63,296 nt of DNA, filler included, from Cercozoa sp. M6MM (GCA_040357565.1; 9 parts of 9 records of this genome joined end to end with filler, not necessarily neighbours in it), one strand, 5' to 3'; positions 1 through 13,769 are shown, numbered from the whole stretch's first letter. Numbers and translations: made by a program. The notes: generated by a model not told the origin, from the sequence alone.

Positions 1-121
<121 letters not shown>

Positions 122-1658
122 GCTTCTGCTACGTGAACGACATTGTTCTGGCGATTCTGGAGCTGCTAAAGTATCACGAACGTGTGTTGTACATTGATAT
201 TGACGTGCATCACGGCGATGGTGTCGAGGAGGCCTTCTACACGACGGATCGTGTCATGACGGTGTCGTTTCACAAGTACGGCGACTTCTTCCCGGGCAGT
301 GGCGGCGTCGCTGATATCGTACATACCCTCCTTTGCTTCCTTTCCATATGTCGCTGTTTACCTACGACTTAACTCGCAGGGAGTCGGTCCTGGCAAAGGC
401 TACGCCGTTAATGTGCCTCTGCAAGATGGCATCACGGACGAGCAGTTCTGCAACCAGGTGTTCGAGCCGGTCATGACACGTGTCATGGAACACTACCGAC
501 CGGGCGCCATTGTTATGCAGTGTGGCGCCGATTCGCTGGCCGGTGACAAACTTGGCGTCTTCAATCTCACGCTGAAAGGTCATGGTCGTGCACTCGATTT
601 CATGCGACGTCAGCGACTACCGGTGCTTGTGCTGGGTGGAGGTATCTGCCCTTTCCAGTTTTATTACACAACAAATCTATATACTGGTTGTTTAAATAGG
701 TGGCTACACTTGTGCCAGTGTGTCACGTTGCTGGACCTACGAAACTGGTCTCTTGCTGGACATGTCGCTCACGAACCAATTGCCCTACAGTAGGCTTTTC
801 CTTTCTTCAGTCCAGTACCCGATCTTGATGTCCCTTCTTGGACAGACCCCTACATGCACTGCTTTGGCCCGGATTTTAAGCTGCATCTGTCCCCGCTGAG
901 CAACTTACGCAACGACAACTCTCGCACTCGCGTCGACCGCACTTTGTACATGCTCCCTTTTGCGTTTGCTTTTTTGAGTGAAAAGTTAAATTTGATGATT
1001 TGAAACTATGTGTGCTTGCAGGTCCACAGTGTTCCAGAACTTGCGCGAATTGGCGCATGCACCGTCGGTCCAAATCCATAGTCAAGTTGAGGACTTCCGG
1101 CAACTTGGAGTAGCTCTGACTGATCTGCATGTGCGTTTCTCCACATTTCTCCAAATGTCTTTTATTTTGACAGGATGACGAAACTGCACCTGCTGGCGCT
1201 TCCAGGGTACTTTTGGATTGATCTGTTGTAAGAATTGAAAGGTAAGACGATTAAATTGCTCTTAGGGAGGCACGCGCGATGCTGATGGTGTCGATGGTGA
1301 CACTGCTGTCGCTTTGGAAACGCGCGGCGGCGCCGATCGACGCGTCGCGCACCATGGCGATTTCGACAGTGGTACAGTTTTGACACTACTCAAAACTTTA
1401 AAGATCGAAAGTATTTGATCAAAGATAAATTTTGCGAACTGACTCTTGTGAGCAGATGAGAAGCAGCGTGCGTTGAATACGGTTAAAGCCACGGCAGAGC
1501 AAAGTGCAGCTGCCCAAGTCCCGGTTCCTGAGTCAAAGCTGTCGCCGTCTGCGCGGATACAACGACAAGACACCAACTTGTTCGCTGCCAGTCACTCTCG
1601 CGCTCACCAGATGCGCGACGATGATGATGACGACGACAATTTGGAAGTGTTTGCCTGA
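122..1658 (+). CDS. Class I histone deacetylase (Rpd3/HDAC1-like), 5'-truncated, 8 exons visible
   Basis: Spliced reading [84 protein letters not shown]; all introns GT-AG; stop TGA ends 1658. Confidence 0.95.
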
Positions 1659-2312
1659 TGCGTCGGCGTGATGCGTGCTATCATACGCTATGCGCAAAAC
1701 AGCGATACGTCAGTGTTGACGGCAAGCTAAAACGATAACTTACAGTACGTAGGCCGTAGCTAGGGATACGATCGCGTCCGTCGGTACGACTGCAAGTTGT
1801 GCGGTATAATTACTAAATTTTATCTACCGCTGGTCAGTTTGGGGCTTGAAATTAGTTTCAGTATGAATGCAGTCGCTTCAGTCTGGTAATCAACAGCTGT
1901 ATGCTTGACGACCATACGATAACCGATAATCTCGAAACATCGGTGGTCACAATGGAGAAAAAACTGTCGCGCCCAAATAATAATTGCATCGGGCACATGC
2001 TAGGCCCTGAGAACAGGCAGCCCATGGCACCCAATAATCACTGGCCATTGACTACCAGCGACGAGAGGAGTAACGTTACTGCTTTCCCCTTTAAAAAAGT
2101 ATGATCGTGAGTCGATCGTTCGTGAGCAGGGTCCGAGTTGGGCAGCCAAGTGCTTCTTACCGGTCAGTCCGACGAGTCAAGCGCTCTATTTTCACGTGTG
2201 CAGCCAGCACGTAACTTAGAGTTTGCTAGAGTGTGACGATCGCGGGAGCCAGGTCGCGCTCGGGTTGCGGATACTTTTTCGGTTCGAAACAGCATTCGAA
2301 CACGTAGCAGCG

Positions 2313-4191
2313 ATGGCTGCCACAGCTGGCGGGAGCACACACAAAGAGCGACAACGCGACAACGATGTTAGGAACCAAAGTCGACAGCCACTAAAGAAGG
2401 CCAAGCCACGAGGCACAAAGGCGCGCTCGGCTTTCGGCTTGCGGTACATCGAGGATGTGCGAACGCTGTGCTTCTTGGCGGCATGGCCGCTTTGCCTGGC
2501 CTTGTGGTGGTCGTTTTGGCCATCGATGAGCCTGCCACTGCGTTGCTTGGCGATCGCCGTGCAAATGCTGCTGAGCGGTACTTTTGTGTGTGCTTTCTGG
2601 TTCTGTCGGATGACTTGACCGGTCGAGCTTTAACTGCTTGCCGACTTGATCGCAGGTGTGGCGTCGGTGGTGACTCACAATGTGATGCACGTGCCGCTTT
2701 TTGTGCCCAAATTTAAGGCAGCGAATGCTGTTGTGCAGGTGCTTCTTTTTTTGCCCATTGTATTTTGTGTGTTCTTTGTTTTATTTATGCTCTCAGGTGC
2801 TTCTCACATTCGCGTATGGCATGCCAGTAACGGCATATGTGCCGGCACATAACTTGTCGCACCATCGATACACACAATTGAAGAAGGACGTGTTCCGCAC
2901 TTCCAAGGCGCCGTTCGGCACTGTATTTTAGTCTTTGTTGTTCTATCACTGTGTTTGGCATGTGTGTGTGTGTGTGTGTGTGACATTGTGTAGCGCTTGC
3001 ACCTGCTAAACTTGCTGTTTTATCCGTCACAATGCTCGATGGCAGCACTCAAAGGCGATATGCGCTTCCTCCGTGGTATTGTGCCTGTGTTGTGTGATTT
3101 TTATTTCTGGTTTGATCGTGTAAATTTACAGTCATGCACGCTCACAAGCGTCCGTTCTTTCCGCAGGTGCTGCGCGAGTTGTGGTTACTGCTGTGCTTTG
3201 ATATCGCCGTTCTGCTGGTAGATTCTAGTGTGATTGACTGGTCGGGCTCTGACCGATCGCTTTGAGTGTGTGTAGTTCGACTGGCGCCTGGCCTTGTGGC
3301 TGATCCTGCTGCCGCAGCACTTTGCCCAGTGGCTTATCGTCAACATGAACTTGTTGCAGCATGATGGGTACATTGCTTCCACACAAGGGAAGGTCGGGAT
3401 GAGTTTAAATCTCTCCTGCTGTAGCTGCGAAACGCGCGATCACAGCGAAACCAAGGCGCAGGTCCTCAATGACTCCGTACGCTTTGCCTTTTGTCGTGCC
3501 TAGGTCGGTGGGTTAATTGTTGACTGTACACAGAGGGACTTTGTCGGAACTTGCTTCAACCTCTTGCTGTTCAACAACGGGTACCACTCGGCACACCACG
3601 CTCATCCGACGGCGCATTGGACGCAGCTGCCTGCCATTCACGAGGAGGTAACTTATTTTGTGTATCAGTCTATCTAAATCTGTGTTGCGTTATCGTTAAA
3701 TTGTTGCACAGTCGATTGCAAAGTCGCAAGACCCGCGACTACGTGAGCCGAACTTTTTGCGCTACGTGTGGCGCACCTTCTTCTACCCAGGTAACTTTGT
3801 CAGCATGCCTCTCCTTCCCCCTCTTAATATCCTGCTTGTACAGGAGTGCGACTTCACTTTGATGGCACGCCGTGGCGGATGCCGCCTGCCGTGGGCGACG
3901 ACGACTTTGTGCCGTATCCAGAAAGTCTCTGCAAGGAGGACGTTTCGTACAGCTTGACAGAGAACCTGTCCTACATGTGCAAGGCACTGCTCTTGGTGCT
4001 GTTCAAGATCACGATTCCGGCCTACTCCATGGTAGCCCCCGCTGTCTCACATGTTTGTGCATCATAGATTACTTTGGCGTGTATTGTAGACGGAGGCAGC
4101 ACTGCGAGCCGAGGCTACTGGCGGCAAGACTACCGACGGCACAGAGCGCTGCAGTACCGATATTGACTTTAGTGAACGCAAGTCAAGGTAA
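2313..4191 (+). CDS. Membrane fatty-acid desaturase family protein (11 exons)
   Basis: Three His boxes after splicing (HNVMH, HNLSHH, NNGYHSAHH) plus NLLQHDG and hydrophobic segments. Confidence 0.88.
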
Positions 4192-4342
4192 CCACGAAAC
4201 TCGCGTCGCCTGTCCGTCACATCCGGATGATCGGGCGCTCACTCCCGTCCGTGATACGATAACTCAGTCGTCGATTCTTGACGTTGGATAGAAAAGTTAT
4301 TGAATTTCTATTTTAGTCGACGAAGAAACAACTGCTGTACTG

Positions 4343-4384
4343 TATGTAGTTTCCTGTACCAGTCCTAGGGTGGGTCACAAGCGC
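4343..4384 (-). repeat. Short dispersed repeat, LINE 3'-tail-like copy
   Basis: tatgtagtttcctgtaccagtcctagggtgggtcacaagcgc matches 22826-22868 and 33633-33657. Confidence 0.6.
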
Positions 4385-4488
4385 AGGACGTAGACGAGCT
4401 CAAGGTACTGTATCTAAGCCACTTCACCTAAGACTGCGAGGTATTAATTGGTCGATACAGTGTCCGGGCGTGTGCGTGGGAGGCACAG

Positions 4489-5269
4489 TTACCAGCGAGC
4501 GCCCATCACGCCGTACATCATCGGCGGAGGGCCTTGGGGAGGCATGTCCGTCAAGGGCTTTGGCTTGCGCGCGGGAGGCATCGGAGGGCCTCGAGGAGGA
4601 CCTTGAGGCGGCATGCCCATCATCGATTTGCCAAGGCGCTGTGGCGGCATGTTCATGAAGGAGCCGCCGCCCTGGCTCATGTAGGGGTCGTACATTGGCG
4701 GTGCTGGCGGCATGGACATGTAGTTCGGCTGGTCGTACATGGGCGGCTTCTCGGCCATCTCGGAGGCGTAAGCTTGCTGCTGCAGTGACTTCATTGATTC
4801 GGCCTGCTCAAGTTTAAACTGAACACAATGTAGGCATATTGTAGGAGAATGGTACAATCTGATGGTCCTCCTGGAGTTCGTCACCCAGCGTCCACATACG
4901 CTGAGGCTTTCCGCGCTGTAATTTACAACTCAGAAATCACTCATCTGATCTACAGGATATAAATGCAGTACAGCTTGACTGAACTCACCTTGTTTGTCGT
5001 GTAGCGCAAGCCGTTTTTCATGGTGATTGGCTGACCAAACTCACCAACTCCACGAACCACGCGATCCTTGCGGTTCTGCTGCTTTTTGCTGCTACGCTTG
5101 TGACCGCGACTGCGCTTCTTGCCTCCCTTTTGCTATTTAGGACAGAAGAGCAGTTACACGCCTTCACAAAGAGTTTAAATTTAGCAGCAGTCCAAACTAA
5201 AGGTACCGAGCTTGCATCGCAGGAGGACAGCAGCACCGCAACGGTCAGGATCGACAGCAACAGTTTCAT
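4489..5269 (-). CDS. Hypothetical secreted protein with basic N-region and Pro/Met-rich C-terminus (4 exons)
   Basis: Signal-peptide-like MKLLLSILTVAVLLSSCDA; spliced QKGGKKRSRGHKRSSKK...; last exon MPPQGPP repeats. Confidence 0.7.
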
Positions 5270-5747
5270 CCTATGCTTCAGTTGTGCTGTTCACTTTGTT
5301 GACGCAAGGGGTCACGTCTACCGTATCCGCGGTATCGTGCGAGTTGTGCTTGTTGCCCGGGGAAGGACTGCACTCGCAGCTTCTGTTGCAGTGACGTGGC
5401 CTTAGCGTGCCCCAGGCTGCGGTTCCATCCGCAAAAATTGACCGAAGTTAGCCCGGTCCCCTGTACTGCGAGTAGTGCTGTTTCTTTAAACGCGACTTGA
5501 ACTAGTCGCTAGACTCTGACTTAGGCAGTTGCCGATATGCTACCAGTTTTAAACACTCGACTGCCATCGTGACGAAGGCAAAGCGGAGAAAACGTAAATG
5601 GGAAAATGTACTAAATTTAAATAAATGTAATTTAATTACGAGGCAGACTATGGTCACGTCGAATAAATATGCCAGTCGTGTGGAACAATGGAAGGCAGCA
5701 GCCCTATTCCCTTCTCCTGAAAGATAGGTCGAGAAGAAAGAGTCAGA

Positions 5748-8694
5748 TCACGGATCGAACAGTCCTTGCAGCATGAGGAGCGTCGACTTCTCACACAGTG
5801 GGCACACGGCACACAGCAGCGCCTGCTCGCTGGTGAAACTCGGTGGCAGTGAGTGTCGCAGACGCGTGAGTTGGAGGAACAGTGCTTGCAGTTTGAGCGA
5901 CTTTACTCGCTTCACTTCGAGTCGCTTCGCGATCTGCAGGACCATTTGCGATCTGAGCGAGAAGAGCAAGAAAAAGAAGGTGCGTGTACCTGACACAGCT
6001 GCGACCAGACCTGCGAGCGAGCCGAACGAAGTTGCGCCAATCGTTGTTCCGCCTGTGCGGCGTTGGAGATGTCACTTTCCTCGCCGGTGGTAAAGTAGAG
6101 ACTCATGCCTCCCACTGCCGACTGAGATTGCTGCTGCTGCTGTTGTAGTTGCTGTTGTTGGTGGTGCAAATCGCCTGTGTCAGTACGCACAGGCGGCAGA
6201 TCCACCGGTGTGTGCGGTTCCTCGCCGAGTGGCGTCTCCAGCACCGTCTGCGCCGACGAGGCCGAACGCACGCGTCGCACGCTCGCGTCGCTTTTGAATC
6301 GCTGCAGCAGCGACTTTACCGCCACCACGCGCTGCTGCAACTGTCGGAAGGGGGTGTAGGGGAGGTAGGTTAGGAGTTAAGGAGGAGATTGTACCTGTTG
6401 GAACTCGCGCTGCTTGCGTCGGTGCAGCTGCTGTTCGTTGGCCACGCGCTGCTGCATGCGCCCGCGCTCGCTGCGCAGAGCGGCGCACAGCGACGCCAGG
6501 CGCACTGCCGTTGCTGTAGCCACAGTGTGCTCCTCACCGTCAGAGTCACTCGGCAAGCCTTCAATCAGACCGTCAGTCACGTCTTCAGTCACACCGTCAG
6601 TGTCCCCGGGATCAGTGCCAGTATCATCGGCGTAGCGCCAGCACAGCGAGCCGGCCAGTCGCATGGAACTCTTGCGCAGCTCGTCGACGACGTCACCACG
6701 CATGTCTTCGATGACACAGCGTCCGCGCGGAAGCACGTCGATGTGGACCGGCAGCAGCGAGCCGTAGCGCGCCATGCGGTCGGAACCGTCGAGTTCCTGT
6801 GTGAGCATCCACACCTGCGCAATCACCGGCACGATGCTGCCGGCCGCCACGTGCGACAGTCGCGCACGACTCGGCACCTCGAGTCGCACCGCCACGGCCG
6901 GGTCCGTACACGAGAACACCGTCTCCAACTTGAGGCCACGTGACTGACCACGTGTCCCACTGTCGCGAGACACCGTCTCACTCACTCGCGAGCACTGCGA
7001 CATCATCGACTCGTCGTCCACGCTGTCGAACGGTAGTGTGGGCGCTCCGCCCACACCTACCTCCGCTGCCGTGTTCGAGTTCATCTGGGAGGGCACGGTA
7101 AAGTGTAGGGGTAAGTAGGGAAGGGTAGGGTAAAGGGTAGGGGTAAAAGGTAGCGAAGGGTATGGGTAAAGGTAGGGAAGGGGAAGGTAAGGGTAGCAGG
7201 GGTAGGGTAAAAGGTAGGATAGAGGAAAAGCTACCAGGCTGGTTAAACAGGCGCAGGTGGGAGTCTCGTGGAGCGTCGAATCGGCGTATAGCGGCGACGA
7301 CTCACCGATTGAGAAGGAAGCACGCCAGCGACCGTCGCAACTGCCTTCGTCCTTGTCGCTGGCGCGCTCGTCACTCGCAAAGTTGAGAACATCGTGTCCA
7401 AACACTGATTCAGGACGTGAGGCATCCTAAGCACACTTTCATTTCTTAAGCGCATTCAATAAAAAGTCAAAGTTCATTTAAGCGAACAAATACGAGAAAT
7501 AGATGCGAAGCACACACAGACACACCTCTCTGAGGGGCGAAACGCCAGCGTCGGGACACGAGGCGAGGTGTGGCTGCGGCATCGACACAAGATTCGATTG
7601 CGAGTTCGTCATGTGCGAGTGCGCCGACTGGTGCTCACCCAGAGCGATGCCAGCAGCCGGTGTGGTTTCGATCTCGCGCGAAGGCGAGGCCACGAGTTGC
7701 TGCTCCTGCCTCGAGTTCGAACCTTTCGTTGGATTCATGAGTTGGTGCGCCTCCTCGCGATAACGCTGGTGCTGCATGTCGTAGCAGTGGTCGCACACGC
7801 GCACGAGTCCGCGCTCGCCAAAGTCGAGTCGTTTCGACGAGCACGACTTGCAGAACAGGTTGAGACACACTTTGCACCGGTGCGCACGCAGCATTATCGT
7901 GGTGAACTTCTTGCCGCACGCACCGCAGCCCTGAGCAACCTAAGCTTCAGTTCAGGAGAAAGGCAGAAACTGAGCACAGGTGATACCTTAGGATCATCCT
8001 TCTCAGGCACAGCGCCGTCGTTGGAGATGCTGTTGCCGAAAGGATCGACGGTGTTGTTGCCACTGTTGAGTGCACGATGCTGCGACTCGTCAAAGCTGCT
8101 GCTGCTGTTGTTGCTGTTGTTGGTGTGTGTGCGTGAGAAGAGGCGCGAGAAGAGACCGCCGCCGCTGCTGCTGCCGTTGCTGGCAGGAGGCTGACGCGTC
8201 GCTTGCTCATCGTCGGTGCCGTGGCGTCGAGCGAGAACAGGCGCCACTTCGACCTGTCGCTGCTGCTGCTGCTGCTGTTGTTGCTGCTTGTCTGCCGGCC
8301 GGTATCTGAGCAGGTCACACAAGGCACTCGCTTGCTCGATACACACGAGTTGCTCATCACACGCCTGCTCGATGCGTTGCTGAAAACTCGGCTCGCTGCA
8401 CTGCTCGAAAGCTGAAGCAAGCGCCGAAGCACTCCCTGTCGCACGCAACGACTGCTCGGGCGACCTCTCTCTCGCTTGTGTCGGTGCTTTGGCCTGTTTG
8501 GACACCTCCACTCTCATTCGGCCTGGCACCTTCACTTGCGAGATCGAGGCCTGCGTGGGCGAGCCGCACACCTCGCCGAATGGCGGCACTGGCGCGTGCT
8601 CACCGAGCTCGGAGTGCGACTCGCTCTCGCTGAGCGACGAGTCGAAGCGCTCGACGTTGGGCACTGCCACGAAGCGCGGCAGCAACTTCAACAT
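5748..8694 (-). CDS. FYVE zinc-finger protein with C-terminal coiled coil
   Basis: Spliced CGACGKKFTTIMLRAHRCKVCLNLFCKSCS..RVCDHCY; poly-Q tracts; coiled-coil exon QQRVANEQQLHRRKQREFQQ. Confidence 0.8.
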
Positions 8695-9329
8695 GCAGCT
8701 GCAGCACGAGCGGCAACACGCCAGCAAAGGCACCCTCAGTTTCTTCTGGGTGGCCTAAAACCGTGCCAAAAACCGCTCTGGGGCCCCAATCACAGTTCAG
8801 GCGACCAAGAGAGCACACCAGGGACGAAACTGCAACTGACTCGCCTCCAAAACACACTTTTCTTGTATTCTTCGCCAAACGCTCGGTTCAATCGATCAAA
8901 GAAAACTCCAAATCAGCAAACGCGGCAGCCGAACTTGGGTACGGAAAACAAGTTACTGAAACGGTTGCCGGTCACGACGCGGAAAAGGAGCAACGTGGCA
9001 GTTGCCACAGAAAACTGACAGAAGGTACCCGGCTTGCGCGACACGTCCCCAAACCGCTTGATCGTGCGTCAGCGGAAACATCTGCCACGTACAACACCCG
9101 CTGGTGCTGCAGTCTCGGGCCAAACGTTGCAAAACTCCTTGACGGTGAACGGTTTTGCTGCCACTGATCTCGTTTCTTGCTGTGTGATCGCACGTCGTCT
9201 GTCGTCCGGGACGGGGTCATATGACTCGATCGAGCCAAAGATGAGCCGGTTGCAGGATTCGCAAAACTAGTGCTTTATCTGCTACCCAAAGGTGTCTTAA
9301 CACGTGTACGGTGTCCAAACTCGCGCGTG

Positions 9330-9669
9330 ATGGAGCGCGAGTTTGTGTCGAAGGTGTTCTGGCCTCAAGGGTACAGTAAAATAATTAAATAATTAATATC
9401 CGTTTGTATTGTTTGTGTTGGTTTCGCAGCTGCGGCAGGGACCAACGTGGCTACATTCTCGGGTGGAACCTTCACGGCTTTGTGATCTGTGTGGCCGGCG
9501 TCGTCGTCGATGTCGAACTGGGCGATTTGGGTGTGTTGACTGGGGGGGGGGGGGGGGGGGGGGGGGTGTNNNNNNNNNNNNNNNNNNNNNNNNNNNNNNN
9601 NNNNNNNNNNNNNNNNNNNNNNNNNNNNNNNNNNNNNNNNNNNNNNNNNNNNNNNNNNNNNNNNNNNNN

Positions 9670-9715
<46 letters not shown>

Positions 9716-9942
9716 TGTCTTTCACTTGGCACGTGTGCAGACCGAGCCATTGCGAGTCTCTCGGCCGATCGCAGTTTGCGCCGCGTCTTTGCTCAGTGTG
9801 GCGGTACGTAGCCCTCTTTCACCCCCATTACCCCCTCCCCACCCTTTTACCATTTTACCCCTCCCCCGGTAGGTGCACCGCAGATCCTTGGCGAGTGGCT
9901 GGGCGACGACACTGACGCTGGCAGCTGCGAGGTACAGTGTTA

Positions 9943-9977
<35 letters not shown>

Positions 9978-10021
9978 ACTCTCCTTTAACCCTTTACCCC
10001 CTGAAAACAGAGGAGGCGAGA
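9330..10021 (+). CDS. PIG-Q/Gpi1-like GPI-GlcNAc transferase subunit, 5' part only
   Basis: MEREFVSKVFWPQGCGRDQRGYILGWNLHGFVICVAGVV resembles the Gpi1 N-terminal xFWP...LxGW motif; interrupted by an N gap and the contig end. Confidence 0.5.
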
Positions 10022-10048
10022 GGCTCCGATTTGGCTTACAGTGAGGTT

Positions 10049-10087
<39 letters not shown>

Positions 10088-10187
10088 NNNNNNNNNNNNN
10101 NNNNNNNNNNNNNNNNNNNNNNNNNNNNNNNTTAATTAATTAANNNNNNNNNNNNNNNNNNNNNNNNNNNNNNNNNNNNNNNNNNNN
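10088..10187. other. Artificial contig linker; also at 18272, 29688, 31669, 33460, 35178, 36584, 61636
   Basis: Identical 100-bp N44-TTAATTAATTAA-N44 spacer with stops in all six frames. Confidence 0.97.
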
Positions 10188-10228
<41 letters not shown>

Positions 10229-10229
<1 letters not shown>

Positions 10230-11757
10230 GCATCCAGCGTGGCCAGGTGGAAGTCAGCGGCGAACACGACAACGATGCAGTCCATGAGGTACTCCTGCGC
10301 GATCTCGTCCTTGCAGCGCACCACCTGGTCCAGCAAACGCGGCAACACGTGCGCACGGTACATCTCCAGGTCCATGCCTATGGGGTAGGGGAGTTACGAC
10401 GGGGGGGGGGGGGGTGAGAATAGCAAGAGAGGCTACCCGGCATGGACGACAGTCGGTGCAGATTCATGCCGACCAGCATGCGCAGGTTCTTGCGCTACTC
10501 GGGGGAGGGGGTAAGAGGGATGGGGGTAAGAGGGATGGGGGGGGGGGATAAGGTACCTCGCGCTCACGACGCGCCTGATCGGCCATGGCGCCCTGATGCT
10601 GCATGCGCACCTGCAGAGGAAGGGGAGGTAAGAAGGAGGTCAGGGAGCATGGGACGGGGTTACCCAGAGACGAGTCATCTCGGCAAAGTTGCGCAGCACA
10701 AAGTCGAGACTTGACTTCTCGTTTTGCGGCAGCTTGCCCTGTGTCACACATACATATACACACACATGCCCATTATACAGATGGAGATACCTTGGCCATG
10801 GTGCCCAGGTAGTCGCGAAGGAACAGACTACAGTCAGAGAGAGGTAGGTCGAGTACCAGGTAGAGTACCAGGGGGGAGTGGGGTACCCGCGCATCGGGTG
10901 CTGCACGCCCTTGCTCATCTCAACCAGGTCGAACATCACCTTCATCGGATCCGGGTGACCGGCGCGAATGTAGGCGGCGCCGACCTGAATTTAGACGGGG
11001 GGGGGGGGGGGGTAAGGGGAACAAAGGGGCCTAGACACACGGTACAGTAATGAGCAGGTAGAGACGCGGGATGATTGACACGCAGTACTGCACCGTCTCG
11101 TACAACTCCTCCAGGATCACTGCCTTGCCCTCACTGAGGTGACAGCACGGGGAGGGGGGTAAAGGGGGCAGGGAGAGGTAAACAGGACAAAGCTACGGCT
11201 TGCTCGTGCTCACCGACGTGGTCAGCGCGCCGGCCGACTTCTCGATGGCGGCCTTGTCGGCGTGCAGCACGATGTGCTCCTCCAGGTAGTGCAGTTCCTG
11301 GTGTATGTGTGTGTGGTAAAGGGAGACAGAAACGGTAGATAAGCAGTCCCTACCTTGGTGATGCACATGTAGACCTCGTAGTACTCGCTCGGCGACAGCG
11401 CACTCTCGCGCAGCACACACAGCATGTCTCTCTGTGAGTACCGCTTATTGTACTTTGCATACAGGCACAGTACACGACAGTCGTACCGCGTGCTTTAACG
11501 CCGTGTCCATGCGACCTTCATCCTGCCCAAAGCACGCACACACACTCAACAACGCACAGACAGCAATGACAGTTTGGGCATGGAGAAAGCGTATACCAGC
11601 TCGCGCTGCATGAAGAAGCCATTGCGCTTGGCGCGCTCCATGCACTCCTGCGACACCACAGACATGTTGCCAAGTCCTGACACGCACATACACAAGACCG
11701 ACTCATGGGCACCTCGAACGGATCGGGAGGCGCCTGCTGCATCATTGGTTCAGCCAT
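10229..11757 (-). CDS. VPS35: Retromer subunit VPS35, 5' part
   Basis: Spliced FFMQRELDEGRMDTALKHA..MLCVLRESALSPSEYYEVYM..LYETVQYCVSIIPRLYLLITV..DLVEMSKGVQHPMRG..FVLRNFAEM..VRMQHQG..VLPRLLDQVVRCKDEIAQEYLMDCIV. Confidence 0.95.
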
Positions 11758-12494
11758 CTTCCCTGCACAGCAAAATATTTGTGCGGCCGCCAATCAAATG
11801 TAGCTAGAGTGGGGTTTGCGCAGTGAAGGAAAGGGCTGCCACGTTCAAAGATTAGCGCACTCCATGGACTGGTAACGTGCACAAAAAAAAAAACAAAAAC
11901 ACCAACTATATTAAACACGTACAAGGATCTGCGTGCTCTAGACAACCTAGACACTGCGCTGACTGCAGCGGCTTTGCTGTGCAGCACCATCTGTAGCGTC
12001 GGTACAAGGCTGGGTCCAACTGTACTAAAATTAAAAACCAGCAAGGAGGTATTGTTTGGAGTTTTATCTGAGAGAAAACTAACAACATATAACCTCGCAG
12101 CCGACCAGCATCCAAAAATACACTACAGTATCATCTTGGTTATTTTTGGACTTCATGTGCGCGCGATCATAAAATGATTGGCAGAAATTGTACTGTACAG
12201 TACAGTAGATACTGTACATCATGAGTGCATTTACACGCCTACCAGGCGTGTGGGCACGTTCTCAGGCACAGTTGTGTCATCGCGCCCATCCGCGTGGATT
12301 CGCCAAGGCAATCTCTGTTTACCTGGGGCTGAAGCACAATTTGTGCCGACTTATCTGACTCCTGTGCAGGGTGCGAGGCGCAAAAATTTCGATTTCTCCC
12401 CGCGCCGAGCGTTTGTTGCGTTGACTCGCCGCAATAAGCGCGATCTGGTTGCAGGTGTGTTCTTGTATTATGTAGGTTCGATGGTGATAATACC

Positions 12495-13769
12495 ATGCCT
12501 GGTGTAGCTACGGAGTTGTTCAAGAAATCACTGGCACAAGACGATTTTAGTTTTTGCAAGTATGACCTGAACAGACTTCTTGACGAGCTCCACAATTTCA
12601 AGTAAGCTTGTGTGAATAGAAGTGACTGTGCGTATGCGCCATATTTTCGTGGGTGACAGCTATTACTTGCGTCGAACGAAACCCGCCGATCCGGAGATGA
12701 TCGAGGCCTGTTCCACACTGTTTCAGTGCGTGCAGACCGCGCTGTGGTCACGCAAGGTGTCCAATTACCAAGAGGTACCCTCTTTTTTGGTTCGCGTTTC
12801 TCAGCGTGTGTCATCTGTGCAACTTGTACAGGCTGACGAAGTGCGGCACCTGGCTTTGTCGCTGTTTAAAACGTGGTGCTCCTTCAACTTGATTACTTTA
12901 AAAGCCTCAGAGGCGATGGAATGCTGCATCGACAACTGCATCGACGCCATTGTACTTTGCTCTTTTATACTTTTGCCGTTGAGTCCCCTTTCACATGTCT
13001 CCAGGAGCCCGTGCTGAGCAATCCGAAAAACAAAACCGCACAAGCGTTCGCTGCCGCTGCTGCCACCGTTTTGCACGGGGTACCTGCTACACATCCTGGA
13101 CTAGGCTCTGTCCTCAATCCTAGACTCTTGTCGTGTGCCTCATAGGAGTTGTCCGACAAACGGGCACGGGTCAGCCCCAGGTCGCTTGAAAAAATCAGCA
13201 ACGTCGTCGATGATATGAAGCGAGCCAATCCGGATGTGCACTGGGAGCCCTATTATTTCTGTGCCCTTTCTTCCGTCTCCCTGTCTGTACCCAAGAATTC
13301 ACTCCGTGTGTGATTGAGCAGCCACAGACGCTCTCTCGTTGGCGCTGGATGTGGCCTCGATGCGACAGATGAGGAGCCGTCTGATCCAGCGCGTGGACGC
13401 GCTGCAAGGCTTGCTCTACACGGACCGCGAAACGGGTTCACGCCCGTCTTCGCCGATTGGCACGTTGGACACGAGTCGTGCTTTCAATGTTACCAATAAG
13501 GACAGAACGGTATACTTTCCGGTCACTTGGCTTGGCCAGCGTAACGTGTTGTTTTGTAGGCACAATCACGAGACTCTGCGCATCCGAGATCTGGCGTTGG
13601 CGCACGTAGCCACCGACGACCGAAGCGCAACCGAACGGTTTCCGCAGAGTGGGGCTCGGACTCGCAGCGGGACTCGAACTCCGGGTCGGGTTCAGGCTCG
13701 AGGGTTCGGACCAAGACCACGATTAAGACCAAGCCGACCCCCGAGCCAACTGAAGCCGATGTCGAGTAA
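12495..13769 (+). CDS. Hypothetical protein (about 7 exons)
   Basis: GT-AG exon chain MPGVATELFKKSLAQDDFS..YYLRRTKPADPEMIEACS..ADEVRHLALSLFK..ALDVASMRQMRSRLIQ; no family recognised. Confidence 0.6.

Noticed and set aside
10088-10187. Recurrent TTAATTAATTAA motif as a biological site
   Set aside because: Always centred in a fixed 100-bp N spacer; it is a synthetic six-frame-stop linker
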